Shown piece by piece: positions 36,480-49,500 of a stretch of DNA of 64,000 nt; position 1 is the first letter of the stretch; every line of letters starts with the position of its first letter. The stretch is from contig NC_043010.1 in the NCBI RefSeq assembly GCF_006345805.1, positions 744,001-808,000 of the forward strand, in the 5' to 3' direction. Below the pieces are notes generated by a model. That model did not search any database. It saw nothing but the letters and a program-made list of their open reading frames with translations, and was not told where the DNA came from. The position numbers and the translations under genes are program-made. Source of the DNA: Octopus sinensis (Eukaryota).

Positions 36480-37740
36480 TTACTCTTTTTAATTTTAGAG
36501 GAAATTTTGACTGGCCACCACTTGGTAGCAAGGTTGTGAAGGAAAGTAGCTTCTTTTAAACATCATCCTTTAAATTTTAAGGTCTTGCAGATTTTTACAG
36601 CCCCAGATATCGTGATCATTTGCAGCGTATGAATTAAGAATTTGCATTCTCTCACCAAGATCCCAAGTTGAATGTATGTATGTATGTATGTATGTATGTA
36701 TGTATGTATGTATGTATGTATGTATGTATGTGTGTATGTGTGTATGTATGTATGTATGTATGTATGTATGTATGTATGTATGTATGTATGTATGTCTCAT
36801 CTATTTTTTGGATTATCATAAATCTTCCGCTGAGGAGGGACCCGGTTTCCAACAAAGATGCAAGGCTCCATCTTTGGTATGTAGTTAACACAGACAAATT
36901 CAGATTTGGAACTTGAGAAAAGTCTTGCATATTTTTACAGTTCCATTCACAGATTGCACTTGTAATGCACGAATTATCCGGTCGATTTCTCTTTCTGAAA
37001 ATCTCAGTTTATCCAGATTCTCCTTTAAGCATTTACTAAGAAAACCTAATGCTCCAATTATTATTAGTATGAATATGAATTCATAGTCTGGATATAGAGG
37101 TTGGAGGTTTCGAAGCAGTTGTCCATAGATATCCTCCTTTACTTTGATTTTCAAAGAGATATTTATATCTGCAGGGCAGCTGACCTCTATGATGGTACAT
37201 AACTTTGCCCCTCTGTCCTAATCAACAATAGCCGGCACCTTATGTTTATATTTGACAGAAGCTTTGGTGGGAATATTCCAACAGTATTCCTGGAGTTGGT
37301 GTTTATGAATGTATTCCATAACAGAGCGATTTTCTAAGTTTATTTCAAGACAACAACATCGTGCGGCATAGGGAGGGAGTACCGTGACGACATTTTCGGA
37401 CAGTTGTTAATAACATGTGTGATGTCTTCCACAGAAACATGCCATAGCCTACACGTACGGTCGCACCTCGGGATTACAAGAGCGTCACTGTCTCTCTCTG
37501 TTCACCAGGTACTTCGTGGTAATCTCCTGTTCCTGGATTGCAAATGCATAGCCTTCAAAGTGTGATGTAGTGATCTTGTGTTCAAGCGAGGCTACGCTTC
37601 GTGTCAATTCCACTGTCTTCCTCAAGCTTCTGGGCAACATACCCGTGCATAGTATTTTTTTTTTTGTATGCTGAGTGCTTTCCATTCAGGTCTTTGTTTA
37701 AGGGCTGTATTGGAGATCATCAGGAAGCGAATGCTTCTTG
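36480..37740 (-). mobile_element. Non-LTR retrotransposon 3' portion with restriction-like endonuclease (R2/R4/NeSL-type group), plus a second short related 3' end at 36480-36668
   Basis: Minus-strand FEGYAFAIQEQEITTKYL, zinc-knuckle remnant, IIEVSCPAD.NI, and YGQLLRNLQPLYPDYEF..IIIGALG...GTVKICKTFLKF. The second piece reads GAVKICKTLKF. The two are separated by (ACAT)n at 36670-36795. Confidence 0.75.
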
Positions 37741-38165
37741 AGGAACTACATACATACATACATACATACATACATACATACATACATACGTACGTACTAC
37801 GTAGGTATGTATGTAAGAATGTTTACGTATTTCAGTGGATTTATTGATTGTACGAATGCGCATATGTATATGAAGAGACAGAACGTCAATAGAAATTTGA
37901 CATGGTGGAACAAAATGATCTCGGTTCTGGATGGATGGGTACTCTCAATGCACAAAGGACTCTAAGGTTTTAACGAGGGGCTCAGCATATTATCATCAGC
38001 CTCTTCTCGGCCCTCCGGGATTCCAGAGCAATTCACTGGCTGACCTCCTCCTCTCTTACAAGTCTTGCATGTATATCCAATTGCGTTCGTATGGGGAGGC
38101 ACAGTTTATGTAGAATTTCCATATATTTGTAGTCTTACGCATAATTATGTTCAGGTGAGTTTGTA

Positions 38166-39020
38166 CAAAGTGCATTCTAGAAACTTTGACACTTTTTGAG
38201 GAGAGACATTTATTTCATAGAGGCATAAAACTCTAATCTTCTGCAAAGTAAGATATTCTGACTACAATTCAATTGCTGTAGCTCTCCAGCCACTTCGTGA
38301 AGGCCCCATGGAAGCCCTCAAAAGTGAAGGTGTTCAGGACCTTTGTCGCGGCCTCCTTCATCTCCTTCAGCTTGGGGAACAACAAAATGTCACAAGGAGC
38401 AAAAGCTGTGCTGTAGAGATGGTAAGAGACAGTTTTGATGCTTATGATCAAGTAGTTGGTTATCAGGATGGCATTGTGGACTGGTGCGTTGTCTTGGTGC
38501 ACGGGCTCTGGCCTTTTACATAGAAATCTCTTCCTGAACTCGCTCTCAACCTCGACACAGTACTCTTTGCTGATTGTTTGGCTTGAGGGAAACCGGTGGA
38601 TATAGATGACGCGCTTACTGAGGAAAAAAGGAATCATCATGAGCTGCCCAAGGAATTTACTTTGCCTGGTTTCCTGTGCCAGAGAACAATAGATGCTCGA
38701 CTCATACAAATTGATCCATAGGCAATTTGGAGTATTTTGTAAGTTTTTGTAGCGTTTTTGCCCAGTTCAACACAAGACTTTTACACACAGCAATCATCCA
38801 AATTGTCTTCATGTCCCGACTGCTTTCTGCTAGCAGTGTTTAGTAAGTTTCATTCAGATTGCTGCTACAGCCGTTTCCTTCAATCTGGAATAACGAATAT
38901 TGATAGGTCAGCTTATTAGATGGGTAGTAATGATGTGCTCTACTAAAATTGCAATAATATAGGACTGTTATGACTGCCTCTCCTTAAAAGAAGTCTCAAA
39001 ACTTCCGGAATGCAGCTCGT
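38166..39020 (-). mobile_element. Internally deleted mariner (DD34D-type) transposon
   Basis: ORF 38269-38709 has HQDNAPVH and APCDILLFPKLK. Imperfect TIRs are CAAAGTGCATTCTAGAAACTTTGACAC and GTCTCAAAACTTCCGGAATGCAGCTCG; a TA is present on the left. Confidence 0.88.
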
Positions 39021-39164
39021 GCGTAGGAGAGTTCAAATATATGTAGATGCGTTCAAGTATCTGTGTGTTTGCACTTGTTTGCACGGGTAAAAGTGCATTT
39101 TTTTTATTTATGTGAGCACGCGTGTGTATTCGTGTATGCGTTTACTTGTGTGTGTGTATATATA

Positions 39165-39480
39165 TATATCACCGTGATCACTGTGACCGACCAGACTATC
39201 AGATGTTGCTACACATCGCTGGACACAATGCGCTTCGCACTGTTTTAGACAAAAAATGACGCCACCCCGCTGGCCAAGCGAGCAGGCCAACAGAAGAAAG
39301 AGTGAGAGAAAGTTGTGGTGAAAGAGTACAGCAGGGATCGCCACCCCACCCCGTGCCGGAGCTTCGTGGAGCTTTAGGTGTTTTCACTCAATAAACACTC
39401 ACAACGCCCGGTCTGGGAATCGAAACCGCGATCCTACAATCGCGAATACGCTGCCCGAACCACTGGGCCATTGCGCCCCC
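39165..39480 (-). mobile_element. SINE family C
   Basis: Reverse complement of the 51835-52153 copy. Confidence 0.88.
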
Positions 39481-39970
39481 CCCCCCACACACACACACAT
39501 ATATATGCATGTATGTATGTATGAATGTATGTGTATGTGTATTTATGTATGCGTTTCCGTGCGTATGCGCGTGTATTTGTATAAACGTATGTATGTATGC
39601 GAGCATGTATGTGTGTGTGTGTATGTGTGTGTGTGTGTGTGTTTGTGTGTATTTGCGCTTGTGAGCACGCGCGTGTCAGCGTGTGCATATATTCGTGTTT
39701 GCGTTCCTTTCGTGTACATATGCTTGTGCAATTGTGTGTGCGTGTGTATTTGTGCGTGTATGTTATGTATTTAAAGTGTGTTGTTGTTGTTGTCGATGTT
39801 GCTGTTGTTGTAGTTTTTGCGTATTTTTGGTCAATGACTGCAATTAGAAGAGACATTAAAAGTAAGACAATAAACTCTCTCCACAAACTGACAACAACAA
39901 TATCATCATCATCATCATCATCACCTGCAGCAGCAGCAGCGGCAGCAGTAGCGGCAGCAGTAGCAGCAGC

Positions 39971-40016
<46 letters not shown>

Positions 40017-40342
40017 ATAGTAGCAATGATCTGTTTTAGGTTTCATGTTTTATGTTGGCCAATCCAGTCTTGTTTTCAAAACTAAAGCAATAACAATAAA
40101 GAAGGGAATAAATAACATATAAAAGACGAGAAAAAAACATAAACAACACTTATTCACCACGACGACGACGGCGACAACTCCCCCACCACCACCACCACGG
40201 CTACAATTCACTGGAACCAGAGTGGATACTTTGACGTAGTCATTCGATCTACAATCTATGGTTGCCAGATCTCATTCAGAATCACACACTCTACTGTCTG
40301 GGAAAGAAAGGACATATTGGAGAATGTAGTCCTAGGTGGTCA

Positions 40343-40610
40343 TGGACGACATAAACGCTTTTCCCCTCTCTTCACACACACACGCGAAGAGAAATATGCT
40401 CACACAAATCAATAGAGAGAGAGGGGGAGAGGTAGGGAGAGAAAGAGAGAGGAAGATGAGAAAGAAAGCGAGAGGTGAAGGAGAAAACGAGAGAACGAGA
40501 GGGACATTAAAATGTCTGAGGTCAAATAAGTCAGCGTCCGATCAACGACGCCAAATAAGCGGCATTAAAGCGACTCAGTTAAAACGTTTCAGACCCATTC
40601 AGTTATCCTT
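40343..40610 (+). promoter_or_regulatory. Promoter-like module copy B
   Basis: GA tract, shared 59-bp core (40504-40562), then TCAGTT initiator-like motifs near 40575 and 40600. Function is inferred. Confidence 0.4.
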
Positions 40611-41558
40611 AGACTAGAATCTTGATCTCAGTTTTTGCAATAAGGGTGGATTGCCAATAACAGGGATCTTAAACGGAACAAAAGATTAGATCTACATCGC
40701 AGAAACAACTGCAGCCTAACAGACAAGCTTTGCTTTAGTCCTTGTTTTCCCAGTTTCTGCTCCTAGCTTTGGTTCAACTCTTGATTATAGGGAATACCTC
40801 GGGGGACTTGCATTGTAAAGTTGAATCTGTAATCGCGAGAAAGGGAAGTGAACTGCTTGTGTTTCTCTTTCATTTTTGTTGTTCATTCAAGGAAGATGAA
40901 TGTCCAGGCTCCCTCTTTGGGTCAGGCTAGAGATATTAAGTCACTGGTACTACTAGTGGTGGTGATGCTGATGGCAATATTGTAGTTCTTGCTTACCCCT
41001 AGGTCAATCCCACATCTACAAACTGAAGACCAGAAGCGCTCAATCAATGAATCCTTTTATGGAGGTATAGAGCGCCCAGATCGATATTACTTTGTCAATC
41101 AATCTTCTTTTCAAGATGATTTGGCTGCTATTTCTAGTTTGCTATACACTTGTGTCATTCATACTCACGCTAAACGATTGCTATCTTCCCCTACTGCATT
41201 CTTTAAAGGCAACCTAAATTCTTATAAATGTAACTTGTTGCTCACAATATATTCACTCAGTCTGAAGAATCACGAGATAAAACCTGTCTGGCGCTTAGCT
41301 TTGTTGAATATATTCCGTCCAAACCCGAAAATGAATATGACTCGACATACGGTACCGTGGATTTATTTTCTTAACGGTAATCTTCGATCATAGTACATAA
41401 ACCCTTCCTCCATATATATACATACTCACGCACGCACATAAGCACACACATATATGTATACATACATATATAAATATACTCATATACAATACACACATAC
41501 ACATGCTAACACACACACACACACGCATATATATATATAAATATATGTTATATTTATA

Positions 41559-41692
41559 GGCGCATGAATGGCTGTGTGGTAAGTAGCTTGCTTACCAACC
41601 ACATGGTTCCGGGTTCATTCCCACTGCGTGGCACCTTGGGCAAGTGTCCTCTACTATAGCCTTGTGAGTGTAAGAAGCACGTCGTATATATG

Positions 41693-41742
<50 letters not shown>

Positions 41743-41944
41743 TGTGTCTACGTTTGTTCCCCCCCAACATCGCTTGTCAACCGATGCTGGTGTGTTTTAT
41801 GTTCCCGTAACTTAGCGGTTCGGCAAAAGTGACCGATGGAATAAGTACTAAGCTTACAAAGAATAAGTCCTGGGGTCGATTTGCTCGACTGAAGGCGGTG
41901 CTCCAGCATGGGCGCAGTCAAATGAGTGAAACAAGTAAAGAGAG
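41559..41944 (+). mobile_element. SINE family A, full length
   Basis: A box TGGCTGTGTGG, B-box-like GGTTCATTCCC, internal (TG)n and a complete tail. Confidence 0.92.
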
Positions 41945-41946
41945 TA

Positions 41947-42180
41947 CAGGTTTGGCCAAAAGTCACCCGACAGTAAATCAAAATTCTATAAATACTCAAT
42001 TTTATTTATTCATTGTAATTATGAATGTCTAATAATTGAATTATGTCAGTTAAAATCAGTTGTTTCGTTTTTCAACATTTGTCTGTTTATTAACGAAGTC
42101 TCGTATAAAATAATTTTTTGCTTTAATCTTGGAATTAAATGGGTTTTGATTTACTGTCACATGACTTTGGGCCAACCCTG
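41947..42180. mobile_element. Tc1/mariner-type MITE
   Basis: About 40-bp imperfect TIRs (CAGGTTTGGCCAAAAGTCACCCGACAGTAAATCAAAA / TTTTGATTTACTGTCACATGACTTTGGGCCAACCCTG), flanked by TA on both sides. Confidence 0.85.
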
Positions 42181-42777
42181 TATAATGTATTCGTATAAAT
42201 CCTTAAATCCTTAAAAATGTTTTAGCCCGAAGGCCGCGGCTATGCTGGGGCACCACCGCTGGTATGTATGGTAAATATATCTTTATATGTACATGTATAT
42301 ATGTTTGTATATGTGTTTGTGTGTGTGCGTGTATGTGAGTGTATATATATATATATATATAGATATATATATATATATACACACGCATATATGTATGTAT
42401 GTTTAAATATGTATATATGTATGTGTGTAAATATTAAAGAAAGAGAGAACGAGAGAATGTATGAGTGCTTGTGTGATAGAAAGGAAGAGAAGGAAAGAGA
42501 GAGAGAGAGAGAGAGAGAAAGAAAGAAAGAGAAAGAGAGAGAAAGAGAGAGAAAGGAAGAGAATCGACATTAAATGGTTCGAAGAATGGCGTAAAAGAGA
42601 GCAGGAGAGATAAGGAAACTATTATTTTGTTGGCTCTTTTGAGGTAAACAGCGTCAGTTTGTGGCTGTCGTAATCTGGTTGCTCGCTTCTACTGATTAGA
42701 GTTAACTTTAAACCGGATTAGGTTGTTATGCTCTCTTTTGCTATTGCTGTTATAACTGCTTTAATACCTCACTGAAG

Positions 42778-42873
<96 letters not shown>

Positions 42874-42951
42874 TTCCTAAATATAACATATATATATATG
42901 TATATATATATATATGTGTGTGTGTATGTACATATGCATATATATACACAC

Positions 42952-42974
<23 letters not shown>

Positions 42975-42982
<8 letters not shown>

Positions 42983-44945
42983 AATATAAAAATATTTATA
43001 TATATGGATATATGTAGGTATATGTTTATGTATAGCTATGAATATATATGTGTATACATACGTGTGTGTGCTTGCGCGTGTGTGAAGCATGTATATGTAC
43101 ACTCGCATGCATGCATGCATACATACATACATACATACATACACACACACATACATACATACACACACATACATACATACATACACACACATACATACAT
43201 ACATACACACACACATACGTACATACATACATACATACATACATACATACATACGTACATACATACATACATACATACATACATACGTACATACATACAT
43301 ACATACATACATACATACGTACATACATACATACGTACATACATACATACATACATACATACATACATACATAACCCATGCATACGTGTCAGCATGCCAA
43401 CTTGTGTACCGACATGCATGCATACATTCGTACATACATACATACATACGTACATACATACATACATACATACATACACATACACACATACACACATACA
43501 CATACATACATACATACATACATACATACATACATGCATAAATGCATACATACATACATACATACATAACCCATGCATACATTCGTACATGATATTTTTA
43601 AAGAACGTACATACTCACACAGATGCACATGTATACATAATATATCCATACATATACATAAATAAACGCAGCCAAACATTCATGCATATATGTACATATG
43701 CACATGTCTGCGCCCATGTTCATATGCACATACATACATAAATGTATACGTACATGCATACATGCGTAAATACATACATTCATTCAGGCATACATACATG
43801 CATGCAATAATACATACATACATACATAATACATACATACGTACATACATACATGCATACATACATACGTACATACATACATACATGCATACATACATAC
43901 GTACATACATACATGCATACATACATATATAAACAAAATATTCCCCGATATATATATATAATATATATGAATATAAAAATATTTATATATATGGATATAT
44001 GTAGGTATATGTTTATGTATAGCTATGAATATATATGTGTATACATACGTGTGTGTGCTTGCGCGTGTGTGAAGCATGTATGTACACTCGCATGCATGCA
44101 TGCATACATACATACATACATACATACACACACACATACATACATACACACACATACATACATACATACACACACATACATACATACATACACACACACA
44201 TACGTACATACATACATACATACATACATACATACTACGTACATACATACATACATACATACCTACATACGTACATACATACAACATACATACATACATA
44301 CGTACATACATACATACGTACATACATACATACATACATACATACATACATACATAACCCATGCATACGTGTCAGCATGCCAACTTGTGTACCGACATGC
44401 ATGCATACATTCGTACATACATACATACATACGTACATACATACATACATACATACATACACACATACACACATACACACATACACATACATACATACAT
44501 ACATACATACATACATGCATAAATGCATACATACATACATACATACATAACCCATGCATACATTCGTACATGATATTTTTAAAGAACGTACATACTCACA
44601 CAGATGCACATGTATACATAATATATCCATACATATACATAAATAAACGCAGCCAAACATTCATGCATATATGTACATATGCACATGTCTGCGCCCATGT
44701 TCATATGCACATACATACATAAATGTATACGTACATGCATACATGCGTAAATACATACATTCATTCAGGCATACATACATGCATGCAATAATACATACAT
44801 ACATACATAATACATACATACGTACATACATACATGCATACATACATACGTACATACATACATACATACATGCATACATACATACGTACATACATACATG
44901 CATACATACATATATAAACAAAAATATTCCCCGATATATATATAT
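42975..44945. repeat. Tandem duplication of an about 985-bp low-complexity unit
   Basis: Non-microsatellite anchors (GAAGCATGTAT, AGCATGCCAACTTGTGTACC, AAATAAACGCAGCCAAAC, TATTCCCCGATA) recur at an offset of 981-987 bp. Confidence 0.92.
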
Positions 44946-44954
44946 AAATATATG

Positions 44955-45022
<68 letters not shown>

Positions 45023-46149
45023 TGTGTGTGTGTGTGTGTGTGTATACGCATTAAATTTAAATCTGACAATTCTGCAAGGAAGCACGTGTTATGGAAAACC
45101 AGAGAACAAAAGACTCGGCTTCAGTCGATCTCCTGTCTCTCTTATCAGTGGAGCTGTCCATTGATACATTCAGTCTCTTATACATAAAGCAAGCTTCATA
45201 AAATGAAAGATTTCTCAACGACAATTGGCTCAGGCGTGGCTCTGTGGTTAAGAAGCTTTTCTCGCTTCTACCTTTTGTGAGATCAATACCATCGCGCGTC
45301 TCTTCGTGCCGGTGTTTTTTCTTATCTCATAGCCTCGGATTGATCAAAACTTTGCGTGTACTATTCTTATTTAGCAAATGAATATTGTACTTGTCTCTTC
45401 TGCGAGGAGGAATATATAGTTTTGGGAGGGCCGAGTTTATTGCGTTGTGAAAGAAGCAAAACAAATAACTGTAGAAATATAACGGAAGTCATATTAACAA
45501 TATTTCGTATTCTAAGCAACTGTTTACTCAACGAAGACAGTTCAATATGGGTATATTTGTGTTGTTAATCTTCTCTGCTACCATGTGGTTGCTGATTCGA
45601 TCCCGATGCGCGGCGTCTTGAACAGATGTATTCATTCAAGACTTTAGACTTAACACTTAATTCCTTGAGAGTGGAATCTCAGATGAAAGGCCAATCCAGA
45701 CACATCAGTTTCCTTTTCTTTTCACGGCGAAAAGCTTTTCTAAGCTCTGAATATTGAAGTTACGTATCAGTATTTATCACGCCTAAAATATTTAATTTCA
45801 AATTAGGAACAGTGCTAAACGTATAATTGATTTTCAATTACGGTTATTGATCGACATCTATGCACTTGTGTCTGTGTAGATACATGTGTGTGTGTGTGCG
45901 TGCGTGTTCATGTATGTGAAGTCCTGTGAGCGCTAATGGTAACATACAATCTAGTACTACCTGTTGCTTGGTCGGATTATCGGTGACTAAGCCGGAGTCC
46001 CCACCAAGTTAGCCGGATGAAAAAGTTGAAACCCAACAGAACGAATACATCAGGTGTTTAAATGAGGGAGAAGGTTAGCAAAGGGTCAACGACTTTCGAC
46101 TAATAGACAAAAATAGACGAGAACTTAGGACTTTTGTGCTCAAGTCCAG

Positions 46150-46790
46150 TGCCCTGTCCATCTCTTTAGGGTCACCATTCAACCTGCATTGAATATCATC
46201 GTCATCTTTGAACTGGTGTCTCTTCTGAGTGTCTTGATCGACTTCAGGATTGAGTTGGTAACATGGTGGGTTCTCTTCTTTCTACTTGGTTAGGACCTTT
46301 AATCATGGTCAAAGTTTATCTTGGTTGTGTCTTTTCGACAAATATTTCCATTATCATTTCTGATCTAGTACCCTCTGTCAACACTTTTAAACATGTCACC
46401 AATTTCTCTATTGAATTCCTGTTAGTCTTAAGTCTTTATTCTAATAATTTGTTTCCTCGAGCTCTGCAACTCATCATCGTGTCTTATTTTCCCACAGGAC
46501 TATGATATTCAGCCCTTTAAGCTTTCTAACAATTGATATCTTTAAGTCCTTGCTTTTGCTTCCACGAAGTTTCGTACACTACAGTGGTCTCAAGTCTTGT
46601 CTGGGACAAAATCGACAAAACCTTACACCAATGAGAGGGTGACACCTCTAAATTTTCATTGTAGCATGTCTCTAGAAAACTGTTACTCCATTGTAAAAAC
46701 TGTGAACATTGCTAAGGAAAATATCTTGCAGCAACTTGTCTAATGAGAGATATTATCGATTTGCACAACCGTTTGACTAGAGAAGGTAGA
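46150..46790 (-). mobile_element. Highly degenerate LINE (RTE-like) 3' coding remnant
   Basis: Only weak mixed-frame resemblance to the RTE post-RT region (VVYETSW, LNIIVLWENK, EMIMEIFVEK). Confidence 0.35.
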
Positions 46791-47079
46791 AGTATGTAAA
46801 GATTATCTTACATAACTACTAGGAACACGCGTATTAAATGCATTCACAATATCAACATTTTTTGTCTCTATTTTGATACGTACATACATACATGCATGCA
46901 TATATACATATATACATATATACATACATATGTACATACATATAAACACACACACATATATATATGTTTAGATATCTGTATATATATGTATATGCATATA
47001 TAGATACACATGCATATACATTTACAAGTACACACAAGTGGGTGTGTGTGTATGTATATATATATATATATATATAGTT

Positions 47080-47280
47080 AATCCAAACATGAAAGCGCAA
47101 AAAACACAACAACGCGAGGACGTGGAACGAATATTGTATTATTGGACGCTCAGGAAAGAAGGAAAGAAGGAGGGTTTAACGTTTCGAGCGGAGCTCTTCG
47201 TCGGAAACATAGGAGAAGGAAAGATCCAGAGAAGGGAAGACAGAGGGAAAAAAAATCGCCAACGGTACACACGCGGTCAC
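47080..47280 (-). mobile_element. Penelope-like terminal fragment with hammerhead motif (47174-47208)
   Basis: Minus strand reads GUUU-CCGACGA-A-GAGC(UCC)GCUC-GAAAC-GUU^AAAC, with perfect helices I and II and a U4C core variant. Confidence 0.55.
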
Positions 47281-47356
47281 ACACACACACACACACACAC
47301 ACAGAAATCTATAATTGAATAAATATATTTTTTACTTTCTTTGTCTTTATTTTCAG

Positions 47357-47482
47357 GGTCAGTTGCCATCCAGTATTGCGTGCACAGACAAACCAAAACC
47401 AACACCTCGCAGTCGAAGGGTTGACCTCAAATCTCCTGTAAATAATTCAATGACGCAAACAGCACAGCAGTGTCAAACTTAG
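47357..47482 (+). CDS. Pcdh: Candidate terminal coding exon of the protocadherin (41 aa cytoplasmic tail)
   Basis: Strong acceptor TTTTTACTTTCTTTGTCTTTATTTTCAG|G. Phase 0, matching the donor, gives the longest open frame: GQLPSSIACTDKPKPTPRSRRVDLKSPVNNSMTQTAQQCQT*. It is followed by about 2 kb of repeat-poor sequence. The link to the upstream exon is inferred. Confidence 0.55.
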   Translation, partial: GQLPSSIACTDKPKPTPRSRRVDLKSPVNNSMTQTAQQCQT

Positions 47483-49500
47483 ATGCCGGACCAAATTTTC
47501 AAAGACTCAGTCTTCGAGAAACACGATTCCAATCATATAAAATATAAAAAACAAAATCCATTCAGAAACATGCCACGAGACAACAGAAAGGGATGGCACG
47601 AAAGACACCGAACGTTTGGCTATGAGAACAATGCATGTATATGCTTTTATCTGCGACGTCTGAAACACTATAACGATCTCAAGGAACTCGTTAAATTCAG
47701 TTTCGTTATAACAAAATGATTATCATGTTATTATGTAAGTTGCGGTAGAAGTAATTTCAGCAGATAATTTTCTATTTCGTTAATCTTATAATCCCAAATT
47801 GTAAAACTGACTACTCAGGATTCTTGGCATGACTCAGTTACGTCGTAACTCTCAGACCTAACAATAATCGTTTCTCATTTAACTCTTTGACTGTCCAAAG
47901 CATTTTTATAAGTTTGTCCTAAACGTCCGTGCTTGTTTCCTGACTTTTAGTTTGCTCTTGTTTCATATGTTCTGCGTAATATAAAACTTTACTTTCATAA
48001 GTCTCGAGTTATCCTGTTAGATGAAAAGAAACTGGGAATGTGTATCATATATGATGCATAGACACCAAGGAAATATATTCTGTATATCACATGTAATATA
48101 CAGGACAGGCAAAGAGTTTAACACAATGCCAGCAAATTTGAGAGCAGAGTTTAGTCAGTATCATCGACTCCAGTACTTTACTGGTGCTTTGTCGTACGGA
48201 CCAAATTGCAGTGTTGACTTCGATTGAAGAGCTAGAACAATTACTGCAAGGCATTTTCTCAACGCTCTAACGATCCAGCCAGGCTGCCGCTGTTGAGAGA
48301 ATATATTATTTGGAGACACCATCTGCATGAGAAACAATAATCGAATTACTGTTCACACATTTAACGTGGAGAGCATTAAGGCCTAACTAGATATAAAACA
48401 TATCGCAGATCAACAATTAGCCTAAGATTATTATTACTTTTGGTGATAATTGCGGATTATATATTTCAGTTCTAGTCTCACCTCATCAATTAAGCATAGA
48501 CTTCAGCATAATTACTACTTGGGGTTCATTATAAAGTCCTTGAGCAATTTCAGATTTGCATAATTTTCGTTTTATATTCGGTAAAATTCACCCCCGAAAA
48601 GGATAAAGAAACGCGTTATAACGTTTAAAATAAATTTTAATTATAGAAATCTTGATGCTTCTGAGATTCTTAGAATACGGTTTTTGATGTTGATTTTCAG
48701 TTATATATAGTCACAGAGAGTTACTCTGGTTTCCAGGTCATCGATGGAACGATGCTTAATTGAATAAACTGAAATGTATAAATCTCCTTATAAAACAGTT
48801 AAAATAGTTATTAGCTATGTAAAAATAGTAATTAGCACATCACTAAGGTTTTTGATTGCTGACGATGAAGGATACACCAAGCTTCAAAATGTTCATTTGA
48901 GATTAAAATCTAAAATTGCCCAAGTACCATAGTTGATGGAATTATGACGAACTTTCTCTAAAACAAAAACAAAAAAAGAATAGCAAGAGTTTCAAAGAAA
49001 CCATCCCACATCTTACATGCAAAATTGGGCCTCCCCTAAGCTAATTTTCTCCCTGACGCTCACTACTACAAGTTAATTTTAATGCAGATGGTCTCTTCTA
49101 CCTAGCGTGACTTCATAATAATAATAATATTTACTTTTTACATACAGTAAGGTACTTATGTAATGCTTTGCAATGTACTGCAAGATCACTTTAAATATTA
49201 CAATAGTACGTGCTTTAATGAACTAAAAACTACTTTTCTTGAATCTTCGTTGCTGAAATTGGGTTGTGTCAATATACCCGTGTGTCTTTTACGCTATCAA
49301 ATACAGTATATATATATATATATATATACATAATGACTTTGTGTTACGGTGAAAGAATCACAAAACAAAGACCAAATCAAACCGGAGTTATCGACATATA
49401 TGCTTGAACATAAAATGACAATAATCTTAGTCGCGGACTAATTATTCGCATTATTATTTCTTTGTTAACTTTTTAATGTTTTCTGAAATAAATATTTTAA
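47483..49500 (+). other. Putative 3'UTR of the protocadherin
   Basis: Unusually repeat-poor, AT-rich stretch with AATAAA at 48629, 48763 and 49487. Confidence 0.4.

Noticed and set aside
40989-41393. 134-aa ORF as an exon or gene
   Set aside because: No recognisable domain or convincing splice sites, and it includes a fragment of the common GATTTGGCTGCTATTTCT repeat.
41559-41640. tRNA genes at SINE heads (also 49960-49995 and 8615-8640)
   Set aside because: A/B boxes are present, but there is no cloverleaf, and the sequences continue into SINE bodies.
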